Of a stretch of DNA of 64,000 bases, positions 11,542 through 25,302 are shown piece by piece (position 1 is the stretch's first letter; the number at the start of each line of letters is the position of its first letter). The notes below the pieces were generated by a model, which had not been told where the DNA came from, made no database searches, and worked only from the letters and a program-made list of their open reading frames with translations. The stretch is from Podarcis pityusensis (lineage: Eukaryota), in NCBI GenBank assembly GCA_964106645.2, contig OZ067044.1. The stretch is one strand, 5' to 3'. The translations under genes were made by a program, and so were the position numbers.

Positions 11542-12602
11542 TACCTAGTTTCTCAAGGACACCAATTTGACTCTAGAACTATTGGCACTCAGAGTACACC
11601 ATTATGGGTATAAATATGATTTAAAAAGAAGTCTCATTTCTCATGCATAGTGGTCTCAAGGCATGCCCACCTCAGAACTGGAGGTTACTAGACTAACTGC
11701 CAGATCACCTCTCAGACCATCACTGGGCTCATGGTTTACCTATCTCCAGACTACTTGTTATAACTTAATGTTTACAGCTCATTGTTTGGGAGAGCAAAAT
11801 GAATAGAATAACTTGAGCATTAAACTGATGACAGATCTGAAAAACTTGTGACCAGAAACTTTTGAGCTTCAGTTGAGTTCCAGCCCATCAGAATATTTGT
11901 CCCCACTGTATCTTGTATCTGTGCATAACTAAGAAGGGCACAAATAATTCCTGTGCAAACAATTATGTTGGATCAGCTTATGCCTAACATTTGTATATAG
12001 TCGTCTAATTGAATTGAGTGTCTAATCCCTGGATTCATTATCGATTTCCCTGCCTAAGTCTTTTTGCCCATTTATGTTTAGCACCCATCTGTCCCTCTTC
12101 CAAATGGTCAACTGTTGTCCCGTAAAAGGCTGCAGATGAGTCTCCCAAAACAGGATCACAGCGCAGCAATTTTGCCAACAAGGGGGCATTTGGATCTTGG
12201 CCTGTCTTTGCCACTGGATGAAGAGAGCTGAAACTATTTAGAGTCTCTTACCTCTATTTAGAGGTGTGAAAAGCAGGACAAGTTGCTCTTCTAACCCTCC
12301 ATGACAGAGATACCTAAAAGAAAGAGAAAAGAAAGAGAAAAAGACAGAATAGTATTCAGTCAGGATATGGCACTGCTGTCTTTTGTACTAGTCAGAGTAA
12401 AGCAATAAAAAAGATCAGTAAAAACACTTGATGGAAGTTATTGATAGAAAAATTCTTTCTGCCCTAAAGATTATAAACCGAGCGTTATCTGAAGATGGAT
12501 TTGTTTTAATTTGTCATTGATGTATTTGATACCTGGTAGGATCAAAGAAAACAGAATCAAAGGGAGAAATACAAGCAGTACTGGTTCCCTGAATATTGGC
12601 CT

Positions 12603-12734
12603 NNNNNNNNNNNNNNNNNNNNNNNNNNNNNNNNNNNNNNNNNNNNNNNNNNNNNNNNNNNNNNNNNNNNNNNNNNNNNNNNNNNNNNNNNNNNNNNNNN
12701 NNNNNNNNNNNNNNNNNNNNNNNNNNNNNNNNNN
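12603..12734. other. N-block, 132 nt
   Basis: Run of N in unique-looking sequence. Confidence 0.95.
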
Positions 12735-13623
12735 CACAATGCTATTTTGTCTACTGCTTGAAACCTGGTTAGCTGTGTACTTCTAATAACGTGGAAATCT
12801 AGTGAAAAAGAAAATATCTGAACTGGATTTTCTGCACTTGGATTAATTTCAGGAGCAAAAATACACGTACCCTTTCTCTTTTTTTAAAAAGGACACATGG
12901 CATTTCAGATTTCTGTGGAATTATTAAATCCTTTAAATCCATTTTAGTTGCTTGTGCAGCAGCATCTGAAGTATTAGCTTTTGTTTAGCTCAAGGCTGTT
13001 TGGATTCCAAAGCAAGGATAGTGATGGGGGGGCCCTAAATTATCGGGGGGTTGTGGAACCCAACCTTTGAGAAAGTTCCCTGTGTTTTGCACATGCGTGT
13101 TTATTCCCTTGCATTTGTTATTGTTCCCTCAGTCTGCTGATTTCCCCCCAGAGTAATTTCATCCAGTCAGACCCCATGAACCCATGTGATGACATCATAA
13201 CATTAGACGCCAAGTAGATTAGACTACATGCTGATATCACTGATGGATAAGAAAACTAATTTAGATTAAGGCCATTGATTCCTTGACTGGTCACATAGCC
13301 AAAGCCTATTCAGAACAGTGCTTCCTTTTATAGGGATTTCTGAAAGGTGTGGAGTAGAGCAACTTTCAACCCTGATGGAAGTGTTCACAAACTGCCACCC
13401 ACTCCTCAGCCTGACCTTGGACAAGATTGCCAGAGCTATCTAGCTCGACCCTACCTGCCTTGAGATACCTTCCTATACAAAAAGCAGCACTGAAGTCTAG
13501 CCCAGTTCCTTTTTGCTGCCACATATGGGCCTGTTGGCAGCTCTACTATGTTCAGCTGTGCTGCTTTCAATGCATTTGCACACAGAACAGAGAGCAAATA
13601 CTATCACAACAGACTCAACAATA

Positions 13624-13860
13624 CAGTCGTACCTTGGTTGTTGAACGGAATCCATTCCGGAAGTCCGTTTGACTTCCGAAAACATTCGACAACCAAGGCG
13701 CAGCTTCCGATTGGCTGTAGGAGCTTCCTTCACTCATTTGGAAGCTGCATCAGACGTTCGGCTTCCAAAGAACTTTCACAAAACTGTCGATTCCGTGTTT
13801 GTGGCGTTCGGGAGCCAAAATGTTTGACTCACAAGGTGTTCAAGATCCAAGGTACAACTG
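13624..13860. mobile_element. Tigger/pogo-like MITE, 237 bp (distinct subfamily)
   Basis: TIRs CAGTCGTACCTTGG / CCAAGGTACAACTG, with TA on both flanks. Confidence 0.88.
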
Positions 13861-16585
13861 TAATTGGAAGGTTCACACGATCCACACACAGACACACACC
13901 ATGTGGTGAAATGTCAGGGAAGAGGCACCATGCAGGCTAGCTCAGCTCCCTGTTCCCGCTGGCCTGCACCACCTCCTGCTTCAGTCACATAAAGCAAAAT
14001 TCTTCCCCACTGTTCATCCGTTCAGACGCTGTGGTAAAGGACTAATGTATGCAGGGGGGGAGCTCTTCTGCACAGGGATGGGTGCTGAGTTAGTCAGGCT
14101 CCCTTGCCTACACCCCCTCACTACCTGGTGACAGCCCTTCCCCAGTGCACCCATACATGCAGACATTGGGGAGACATTTCTGATATACAGACAACTCCCA
14201 ATAGCTCCATCCAGCACAGCTATTGATCAGGAATGATCAGAGGGCCACAGGTTCACTGCCTCTGGATTAGACGACAAGTAATTGTTTATGGAGAAAACTT
14301 TTCTCTCTGTCACAAGAATTATGTGAAAGCTCAGTGATTATTAGCAAATTGTAATCCATTTGCTTCTTAGCTTGATTTTTTTTTCATGCAGTGCAAGCAT
14401 GACAGCATCAATCCTCATTGAAATCAATGACAAGAGCTGTGTTGAATGGATTAAAATTGTAATTCGCCCCATTATGCCATTGTTCTGAGTTTGCGTGACT
14501 CAATTTTGCTTTCAGTTGGAGCTTCATTGACCCCATGCAGCATTTGCCAGCAAAGAACAGCCCTTTGAATTCATCTCTGGGGCATCAGAATGTGGCATCT
14601 AGTGGCAAGCACTGACAATGTGATGGGTTTTAAATTGGGTATTGAATTGAATTTTTAAATTGCACTTTAATTGTGTTCCAGTTTTTTAATTATTTTGTTA
14701 CAGTTTTTATTGTTTTATACTGTACTCTTCCCCCCCCCCCCCCTTGTGAGCTGCCCAGAGAACTCTTGATCTATCCTGGCTTATAGACACGCAGCAAATA
14801 AGTTAATATATAAATAATGTAACAATGAGCATTTTTAATTAATAATAATAACAATAGTCTCCAAGTGCAGGTATCCATAGATGCCAGAAGAAGAGTTCAA
14901 AAAGTCTTTAAAAATCTCAAACTCTCTTGTGCCATGAGATTCGCACTAAGAGATTCACACTAAAACTCTGAATAGTGTAGGAGTTTTATGCGTTTGAGAA
15001 GCTGTCAAGAAACCTCTGAACCAAACATGTGATTTGCTTGTACATTACAGACTGGTTTATCTAAAGATCTCAAGGGACACCTGAAATGTTCAGATAAACA
15101 GTTTCAGATGAATGAGAAAGTGAGGTAGTGGCCTAGGAAAAGAGTGTACTTCAAGGTTCCAAGCCCCTGAGAGCACTAAAGAGATACCAGTGTCAATGCA
15201 TTGCATTCTGATTTTTGGAACCCTCTAGTATAAAGGTGCAAAGCTGCAACCTTTCACAGATCATTGACTAGTTCTTTTCTTTGAGCGGGTAGTGCTGCAC
15301 TCCCCTTAACTAATCACACACTCAGGAAAATCTCACCTGACCATTTAAGGTTTATGCTCAGCTGAAGCTTTGTAAATTTGAAGCATTGAGAAATCAGTCA
15401 GCAATTTTAAAACAGCCTAATCTCATGGCACATAACTAAATTTTGTAAAGACCAACTGACCTACACCCATGAAAGGTCACTTAGGCATGCAAACAAAGTA
15501 CACCAACTCCAATGCTACCCTCAAACGGATGAAATAGTATTGCGGAGCCATCTATAATCATAATTCTATGCTATTTACCAGAAAACATTCATTTCTCCCA
15601 AGAAACACATTTCTGAAATCCCTTGGGAAGTAAAGTTGCTCATGGGGGATCAGTTTGAGGCAGGGTAACCCCAGAAAGTGAAAGAGTGAAGCATCCCTTC
15701 CCTTTACCACATTATTCTGTGCAGCAATATCTTTATAAACAAGAAGTAAGGGCTATCACGCTATTGCATGCAGTTGTGTATAACAGGTCATTTAGCCCTA
15801 AATCATCAGAATCCTAAACTAATTTACACATGAGTATCTTTGATCTGTAGGAGAGCCATATATATTGCAGCACTTACAATTACCCTACAGAAACATGCTT
15901 ATGTAAGTCTATCCATGCAACTGAAGTTTTAAAAGCCAACTCAAGTTGGCTTTTTAAAAACATATCCTCTCAGTAACTTTTGGCATGATTTCTGTTACAG
16001 AATGTCTTATCAAGGGTTAGGGCTGGACAGAAAGAGGCTAGAGAAAGATTGTGGGGAGACTGGCTTTATTCTCAGGGTGACTGTGTCTTAAGAAACATAA
16101 AGCATGGAAGCTGCAAGTTGGATCAGGACTGGGGAGGGAGATTTCCAAATCTCTCAAGCTGCTATCAGTTTTGGGGGTTTCATTAGGAAAACAGCCTCCT
16201 TCATCTCAGGCTGTCATCCACATCTGCATCACTCCCCTTCCATTGTGGCCTTTTCTTCAGAAAGAGGCATTGATCACTGCTAAATATGCTATTTTAAATA
16301 CACTATCAGTGTAATCTCCTAAAACCATGAAAGAAAGAGGAGAGCTGATGATGATAAATAGCAGTAGACTTTGACAAGGTTTAGTCAGTTTTGAATTTTT
16401 TTAAAATCCTGTTCAGGGGCATTCTAAGCCCCTCATTCAAGCATGTTAGGTCACCTCCATGAATTGGAGGAATAAGTTCTAGAAAAATCAGGTTTTGTAA
16501 AATGTGTGGGGAGTAGCACTGGTGATGAAGATGCTCATGGGGGTGGGTGGGGGTGGAGTTAATGTGCCTGTCTTCTCTCATCACA

Positions 16586-17446
16586 CGTGGGTTTTAGAAT
16601 GTCCGAATAGGGCTTATATGTTTACCCAAGGAAAGGGATACAAAGAGCAAGGCAGAATTTGCAAATGAACCCCACAGTTCTGAGAATGGGGAGGCTTGAA
16701 ATCGAGAAATTAGGTCCAAAATGGGATAGGGTGAAGGAACCATTTGAGGGACTGGCAGGGCTCTGAAGAATGTGTGGTGGAGGCGGCGGCGGGGGGGGGG
16801 GGGCAAGGGATTGACCGAGGAGAGGAGGTCAGAGATTTGTGGAGTTTGGCTCTGTTTACAAGGCAGGAACCAGCGCAGTGGGAAAAGAAAGACTCGGGGT
16901 AGTCCAAGATTGAGGGAGGAGTGCAGGATGTGGTAGAGGAAAAAGAGACTGTGCCGGTGAGGGACGGGCTAATAGATTCCTCACTCCCACCCAGGAGGGG
17001 CTTGAAGATGGAATAGCAAAGAGGGCTTCCATGTAAGCCTCAGGTTGCGCATGCACACCCTGTCAGAAGAGGGTACATAAGATGGCGGGAGGTTGTGGTT
17101 CCCTTGTGGTTGCAACTGCTCCACAGGGCCCAGATTTGTGGACAGCTGCCTAAAGGCTAGAAGCAGGAGTGCTGGTTTGGGCCCGTGGCCGTGGGTGCCC
17201 AGGGCTGTGGGCGCCCTGCAGTGTGTATGGCCCCGGTGCCGAAAGTTGTGCCCAGCCCCTTCCTGGGGAGTTTTGTGGGTGCTCAGGCATCCAGGGCCCC
17301 AGGGAGTCAGCACCTATGGCTAAAAGTTTATGCATGTGTACCTGGAGCATTGTGGAAACTGCTGTAAGTGTGTTCTTTTGTCAGTAAAGAATTAACGATT
17401 GGACGTGTGCCTTCCTTGGCTGGGGATGCCCAGGGCAGGCCCCCCA
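16586..17446 (+). mobile_element. Possible solo LTR-like insertion
   Basis: An approximately 860-bp block of G/GC-rich sequence in an AT-rich background. It has an AGTAAA polyA-like signal near its 3' end and ends ...CCCCCA. No clear TSD. Confidence 0.4.
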
Positions 17447-17844
17447 TAAATTCTGTCATTCCTTTCACCCATCATAAAACATATTATTTATTGTTAGATC
17501 AAATTACCACCGTGTCAGATCCAATGTTTTACCTAAAGAAGCAATAGGGTGGGCTGTTTTTTTTCATAGCTTGTTAACTGTGATGTATAGAATATTTTCT
17601 TCTTCTTCTTAGAATAGACATTTCTTGCCTTAAAAGGGTGAAGACATAGAATCTCTTTTTTAAAGCTGTGGAAGCAAATACATTTGTTTGCTTAACAAGG
17701 CTGCTGCTGCTACAAATCTAACACATTTTAAATGCAGGAAATGAAGAAGGATGGCCTTCTGAGTTTATAAATGTACAAGTGCATATTTTCAATTTTCTTT
17801 ACAAAGACATAAAACTTAAAGAAGAAATGTGGCTGATTGTGCTG

Positions 17845-18320
17845 NNNNNNNNNNNNNNNNNNNNNNNNNNNNNNNNNNNNNNNNNNNNNNNNNNNNNNNN
17901 NNNNNNNNNNNNNNNNNNNNNNNNNNNNNNNNNNNNNNNNNNNNNNNNNNNNNNNNNNNNNNNNNNNNNNNNNNNNNNNNNNNNNNNNNNNNNNNNNNNN
18001 NNNNNNNNNNNNNNNNNNNNNNNNNNNNNNNNNNNNNNNNNNNNNNNNNNNNNNNNNNNNNNNNNNNNNNNNNNNNNNNNNNNNNNNNNNNNNNNNNNNN
18101 NNNNNNNNNNNNNNNNNNNNNNNNNNNNNNNNNNNNNNNNNNNNNNNNNNNNNNNNNNNNNNNNNNNNNNNNNNNNNNNNNNNNNNNNNNNNNNNNNNNN
18201 NNNNNNNNNNNNNNNNNNNNNNNNNNNNNNNNNNNNNNNNNNNNNNNNNNNNNNNNNNNNNNNNNNNNNNNNNNNNNNNNNNNNNNNNNNNNNNNNNNNN
18301 NNNNNNNNNNNNNNNNNNNN
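17845..18320. other. N-block, 476 nt
   Basis: Run of N. Confidence 0.95.
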
Positions 18321-18770
18321 GTCTGTGGCACTGACAGGGGATACTGGAACAAAGCAAGTAATTCAGTGAGCATTCTTGTAATTATAAGCCAACCACAAGG
18401 TTATTTCAATGGTGAAAATATTTACTGTCTTGTTGTTGGAAGTGGCTACATTGCACTAGTGAAAGCACCAGCTAAACACTTTGCTTCTAAAATGTCAGGC
18501 AAAATGTAACAACAGCCCAGGGATATAACATCACCTGGATCGTTAAGAAGTGTTATTTGTGTGCTTGTATTTTTGTGTGTATGTGCCTGCGCATTCACAC
18601 AGATACATGCAATTTGAAAGGTCACAACCAGCATTCTGAACATTAAGCTATCCGAATAAATGTATCACTTCACTTGCACTGGTCACATTCATTCTTGTGC
18701 TGAAAGGTAGCATAATCAGTACATTTTTATCAAGCTCAAAGTTGTTAGAAACTAACATTTAAAAAGTAGG

Positions 18771-18886
18771 GGGTGGATCCAGAACATTAGGGTGAATATA
18801 GGTCCAATTGAGAGCAATGTGAAAGGTTAGGATTCTTGTGGGTTCAAGGGGGACCTAAGTGCAATTAATTTGCTCTGGATCCACTC
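18771..18886. mobile_element. Short palindromic MITE-like element
   Basis: Inverted termini GGGTGGATCCAGA / TCTGGATCCACTC, with inner TAGGTCC / GGACCTA. Confidence 0.55.
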
Positions 18887-21070
18887 CTAGGCTTATAGTC
18901 TAAAACGAAGCATAATTTTATTAGGCTGTCTTTAATGCTTAGTCATTTCTTGTCACATATATTTCGCAAGAAAAGAAGTTATGCATGCATTATATATTTA
19001 AATATTTTGACTGAGGGTTTTTTAAGGCAAGATTAAATAATTCCTGAACCACTCCTTAAATCACACAAAAATGTACTACTCGCATGAGTCGTAAGTGTTC
19101 TGCAGGCTCTGTAATACCAAACTCCAGCCTCTTCCAGTAATTTTCCTGACTACATTACATTGATAAAATTACCTTTTTCTTGGCCCCGTTAGCGTGCCGT
19201 AGGAGTATTCAAGTTTTCCAGTTTGCTGGGTAATTAAATACCCTCTGCTAAAAAGGTGAATTGCTGTGAATGGTAAACTAATAGCATTACTATGAGTTGT
19301 AAACTAATAGTGTTGTTGATTCCTTTAATTCCAGAGTAATTAATTCTACCAGTGAACACAGAACATAGCCACTTTTTAAGGCAACAGAAATGTAACTGTC
19401 ACCCATGGAGTGATTCTTAGAATAATTCTAAAGCTTATCTATCAGTGAGTCACCCAGAGGACTTACTCTGACTCAGATTATCCTTTATTTTAATATATTT
19501 ACAATGGTAAGAATTATTCAAAAATATACCCCATTGATAAAAAGAAGGAAAGAAAAGGTTTTGACTATTAATAATTACCACTGAGACAATAGTTTCATCA
19601 CAAGCGTCATTTGATCATGTGGGTATCGCATGGCACCTTGAAGTGCTGTATGTTCCAATAAATGCACAAGGGGAAAGTTTGACAGTTGTATGTCCAGAGT
19701 ATAATGGAGGTTATGCTCTTGTCATGATGTTTTGTTCGTGTGAAATGAGTTTCCATCTTGCCGTGTTCTTTATGGTCGAAAATCGAAGCATTCTTCTTGT
19801 CGATTTCCAACCTTTTCCATCTATTGTTTCTGTTCTGTTTTTTATTTTTTTAAGATCATATTTGTCAAGTAGGAAGACAATAATTGGCAACTACTTCTGG
19901 GAGGGTTTTTTGGGGCTGGGGAGGAGATTTCTTGTTGTTAATCCTTAGTTCTGCATCTGCATTTTATCAGCTGTACTAGACAGCAGCAGATGGGCATAAA
20001 CATTGTTGGGCACATTATGGGTACATGGTTATATTGCTTCTGGAGGACTATTTTAATGTAAACTGAAAAATTGTATGCAGAATTTTGTCAGAAACCCAAA
20101 GAAATATTTCAAATCTGAACTTGTTATGCTTGAGTACGTACTTTTTTGGAGCATTTTGCTTCAGTGTCATTTATAACGCACTGCACTCAGAGAAGTTTGC
20201 AATGAAAGTGTACCTGCTTCACAGATGTATTAGTTATAAAATACAATTCAGCATTTTTCAAAGTTCCTTAAGGGGATTCTATAACTGACACCTTGTAAAT
20301 ATTGCAGGTTGAAATATGTAAGAAGAGTGAAAATGGGCTTGATGTGTACATGATTGAGGTGTAGCCCAAATAATACACAGGGAAACAAAGCTAAGTTAAG
20401 AGTGAAGGGTGCTTCTTTCACAGAATCTGTTATTCTTTCAATTTTGTGCAGTATGCTAACTTACGGGTTCCCATTTGGTATATCTCATACATAAGACATA
20501 TTCAAGTGGGTACCTGGACACCACCAAGTGGGTTTTGCTGGGCTCCAAACACTTGAAAAGGCAGAAACCAACAACATCCAACAAGTGGAGTCTCACCACC
20601 TCCCAGAAACACCAGTGGTACCTTCTTGCCTTTTATGATAAATAAATATCAGGTTTTGGCTATAATCCACAAAACTCCATGACTAGCTGCACAGATCATC
20701 TCCTTTAAGCACACCCCACCACATACAATGCTATTTTGACTCACCTGCCAACCTACAACGTTGTAATTTCATCACATAAAAGTGGGATGTTTTAGACAGA
20801 TTCTCTTCTAACCATTAAGATGTGTTCCAGTAACAGTTCATGGAATACTGGTAGTGTGGCAGTAGTGCAGAAATTGAGTAGTCAAATCCCTACGCTTGCT
20901 TTACTCACTTTAGAATTTGAAAAGCTAGCTCCCCCTTGCACTTTTCCTTTGTGTACGTTCATACAAACTGGAAAATGATTGTATTAAAAAAAAAAAAAAC
21001 ACAACCCATCATAGTTCCTGTCAAAATGGGCCACATCCTCTTTGTTCCTTCTATTCATGTGTGGAGTGGG

Positions 21071-21378
21071 NNNNNNNNNNNNNNNNNNNNNNNNNNNNNN
21101 NNNNNNNNNNNNNNNNNNNNNNNNNNNNNNNNNNNNNNNNNNNNNNNNNNNNNNNNNNNNNNNNNNNNNNNNNNNNNNNNNNNNNNNNNNNNNNNNNNNN
21201 NNTTTAACAGTTTTAGTTAAATTCCCATGACACTCTTANNNNNNNNNNNNNNNNNNNNNNNNNNNNNNNNNNNNNNNNNNNNNNNNNNNNNNNNNNNNNN
21301 NNNNNNNNNNNNNNNNNNNNNNNNNNNNNNNNNNNNNNNNNNNNNNNNNNNNNNNNNNNNNNNNNNNNNNNNNNNNNN
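21071..21378. other. Two N-blocks (132 and 140 nt) separated by a 36-nt island
   Basis: N at 21071-21202 and 21239-21378. Confidence 0.95.
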
Positions 21379-23097
21379 CTCCTGCTCCCTCAATCTGCCC
21401 CCACCCCTTTTTTCTGGCACAATAATATTAGATGGAGATATTACTTTCCATAGTGTTCTGTGCCATCTTTTATTGTTAGAATAAGTGGTGTGAAAGTGAA
21501 ACAAGGCAACGAAATAAAATAAAAAGGCCTTTACTTTGATTCAGTATACGATGAAGTCTTCCCCTTAATGGGCTCCTGGGAGATACTGGTTGTAATTCAT
21601 GTTGCTAAATTAAAGCAACCCATACTAATTTGGAACGGTGAGATCGGATACATCATTATGTAGATCAAACATGGGGGAAGCTAATGAATTAGGTTGCTCG
21701 CCTCCCCTCTATATTTGGATGCTCTTCCCTAGCTTTTTAGAGCCTTTCTGCTTCAGAGAAGAGGACATTGGGCACCTGTTGGTCTCTTTTGTGAAAATCA
21801 GATATTTAGATATTGTGAGGAAGGAAGCCATAGTCAGCCAAGTCAGATCAAGGAAGAATCTGGGGAACTACCATGAGTCCAAAATGCTGAGTTCCAAATG
21901 ACTTACTCAGACCCACAATTTCCACCATTTTGTTTGATCTTCAGGGAAACCTGTGCAGCCCATGTAGTTAGGCAGTCAAGCAGGGCTACCTTGAAGACTC
22001 AATTCATGGCCGAAAGCTAGGTTTCTCAACTTTAAGATCCCTTGCATTAGAAATATGGCTGCATAATTAACTTGAATTGTCCCATTCATGATGAGCAACA
22101 CTAATGGGAAGTTGGCTCTCCCATGCTGTATTTTGCAGAACTCAATTGCCCATTTATTATATCAGCAATAAAATCATCACCTCTATTATTCATATAAGTA
22201 TTAGAACTGAACTGAAGGAATATAGCCAAATCTGATTAGCTGTGTAGTCTGCTGACACCATCCTAAGATCTGTTGAGGCATTGGTATCCATGTTATTAAA
22301 CGGGTGAAAGGAATAATGAGAACATATGAGCTAGCCCTATTGCCTTGGATTCACTCACCAGCCACATACCTGGATGTTTGGCCTCTATCTGAAGGAATCC
22401 TGCACAAATATGTGCACACATAGGGCTCCTTTAACAGGGATGGGCATTCAGATTGACTAAGGTTCCTGTTCCCATGACTCTCCCAATGGATCAGAAGAGG
22501 GGTGGAGTCAGCATACATATTGGTGCCCAGGGGCTAATTAAAGGGACCTGAAGTGCGTCTTTCAATCCAAAAATCACATGGAAGAGCATTCAGCACAACC
22601 ATAGGAAACAATTTCTTTCTTTCTTTTTGGTCATAGTTACTATTTGTCACAAGTCAGTTTCTGGTTAGCGTTCACACCTTTCCCTCATTTAATCTATTTT
22701 CATTGCTTTTATGTGGGGAGGAATTGTGTAAATTCAGGACATGATCCAGCCATTGCAGGGATTTCAGCTTGGGCTTAACTTTCTCAACAAAATCTGTAGG
22801 ACTCAAACGTGTTCGCATTTGGCTGGATTGTGCCCTCAGTTAATATCATGTGGGGCATGTTTCTGTGTGTATTTTACTTTCTGGTTGGTTGGTCCACCTA
22901 TAAGATCCTACATTTCAGCAGTGAAAAGCTGTGTGTGTGAATGAAGGCTCATCCTCTCCCCCACCCCAATCTATCATGTTAAAACTATTAGGCCTGGATT
23001 TAATAGAGTCTTTTTAATTGTTGTGTTATAGGTACCATTGGCACCTCTCCCTTCTTTTTATCCCTCTCCCTCTCTCCCCTTATTTCTCTCTATCACT

Positions 23098-23245
23098 NNN
23101 NNNNNNNNNNNNNNNNNNNNNNNNNNNNNNNNNNNNNNNNNNNNNNNNNNNNNNNNNNNNNNNNNNNNNNNNNNNNNNNNNNNNNNNNNNNNNNNNNNNN
23201 NNNNNNNNNNNNNNNNNNNNNNNNNNNNNNNNNNNNNNNNNNNNN
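23098..23245. other. N-block, 148 nt
   Basis: Run of N following a pyrimidine-rich tract. Confidence 0.95.
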
Positions 23246-25164
23246 GGGTTATCTTTATTTTTCCAAATTGTGATCACCTGAACTGAGCATTAGTACTCTT
23301 TTCTTTTCATAATCCTTTCAGAAATAGCTGGGACAGGCCATTGTCCACCCACACAGAATGTTTATCTGTGAATATTTTTTACGGTTTGGACATTTGGCAG
23401 GCTGGCTGTTTTTGAGAGTGGAAGATGAACTCCATTGAGATGCCATCAACAACCGTATGGCCACTGAGACAGCTTGCGAGCCACCACATAATGGTTTGAG
23501 CTTCTGGCATGTCTCGCTGTCAGAAAGCATTTTTTTTCTCTGGACACAACAGAAGACCCAAGCAGTAATAGACGCTGTATCAAGATCTGTCTACACATGA
23601 AGTCCACATGAAATAAAGTCTTGAATGGTGGCTGCTCCACACAGTGGCAGTAATATGCATAACGGCGCACTGAATGCATCACCTCCCAGTTCACCTCTAC
23701 ACAACTGGACAGCAACTCCTGACATAATTTCTCTGTGTGTATGCCAGATCTCTTGAAAAGATTATTTCAGCTCACTGGAACACTTAACTCATTTTCATTC
23801 ACAAAGGCCCACCTGACTAGTGAGGAAGAATATAAAATATTGTTGTGATATGCACTCATTGAAAGGTCTGTTGATCTTTTCAATAGCTGGGGGGGGGGGC
23901 AAGAAGGTGGAGGCACAACAATGGAGATACCTGATATAGAAAACCATAAAACCCACAGGAAAAAAAATTGGTTTTCATTATGAAGACTGAACAAATTAAA
24001 AAGTCTGTTAGAGCAATTAGTAAACAGAAAATATCTGTGAAATTCATTGAATAAATTGTTCCCTTATGAGTTCTTCACCCTGCTACATACAGAAAATAAA
24101 TATCCTGACTACTTGCAGAAAAATGCACATTCTTTCAGATTAGGATACATTATCAAAATTACAGTAACATAGATAGTTACTGTAAAACATAGGGTTTTTT
24201 ATTTTCAGTTGTATATAAACACAATTACACCCCACCCCACCCCAACTTCCCCGCTTCCTCCCCTAGGACAGATCAGTTGATTAAGTTTTGCCAAAGTCCA
24301 GTTTGTGATTTCGGTGGATGCCCAGGAGATGGGGAAATCCAGAGCCTAATTGGGCCTGGCTTTTGGCTGAATCACTCAAACACATTGTGTCCTCTGTAAT
24401 CTGGGGAAACGTTTCACATTTTTAACAGAACTCTACAGTTGTTTGTACACTGTACAGAAACATTGCAAGTGGTCTTCCAGTGATTAAAGTTGCTTTTTCC
24501 TTTAATAACTGCTAAGAAACAGGAAATGCAATTTCCTCACACCTTTCCCGAAGCCAGGTCCTTTGAGGAGTTCCCTACTGTATATTCCTTCATCAACATG
24601 GCATTCATCAAGGGGGCCCACACAGACTCCATTAAAATTAGCTGAGCTCCACTTTAGTGACAAGGAGCTGCCTTTAATTGCGGAAAATATTTTCACTATC
24701 TTTTAATTGACCAACAATTAACTTATGGAGCTCTGAAGCCATTTTTGCACGACATTTTCCACGGCTGTGTGTGTCCCTCAGCAACCACCTTTGCAACCGC
24801 TACTACATACGTAGAGGTTGTATACAGTCCCTTTGTACAATACTGACTTGATAAATGCAACCTGGAAAGAGATGAAAAGGGTCTGGAAGGTTTGCCCTTA
24901 TGCAAGTGAACTTTCAGGGAGGAGCCACCGAGGTGGGACTTTGCTCCTTTCCCATTTATCACTACCGACATAACAAGGACACAGGAGCCCCTATGATTTA
25001 TACTGATTCCTCTTCGGATGCACTCAGAAACCCTTGGCATGTGTCACAGCTGGAACAGGTGGTACAAACTGTATATCTGCTATAATTTGAAGCTGCTCTA
25101 GATGCCACTATATTAAGGCTTTAGTAGCAGAGCTGGATTAATTTACACGGAGTGCTTCCGTTCT

Positions 25165-25302
25165 GCTGCCTGTGTTGGCCTCAGGTGTTAAGATCAGCAG
25201 ATGGGGCCCTCCTGGTTGTTCCACCGCCCGCCCCCAGAGTTTGGAGGGACGTGGCATGGGAGAGGGCATTCTCTGTGGCAGCCCCTAAGTGGTGGAATTC
25301 CC
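25165..25302 (+). mobile_element. L2-clade LINE ORF2 C-terminal fragment
   Basis: Translation LRSADGALLVVPP...ERAFSVAAPKWWNS matches the L2 C-terminal motif LRS....L.VP...RAFSVAAP.LWNSLP. Confidence 0.8.

Noticed and set aside
12603-12745. H/ACA snoRNA hidden in the 132-nt N-block (ACA follows the block)
   Set aside because: Only the length and a trinucleotide support it, and the sequence itself is not visible.
17728-18509. Long ORFs of 165-226 aa here, and 216-320 aa at 37569-38531
   Set aside because: They are open only because they run through N-blocks.
20640-20690. Possible third Penelope hammerhead remnant
   Set aside because: Too degenerate: neither catalytic box nor a clean stem is recoverable.
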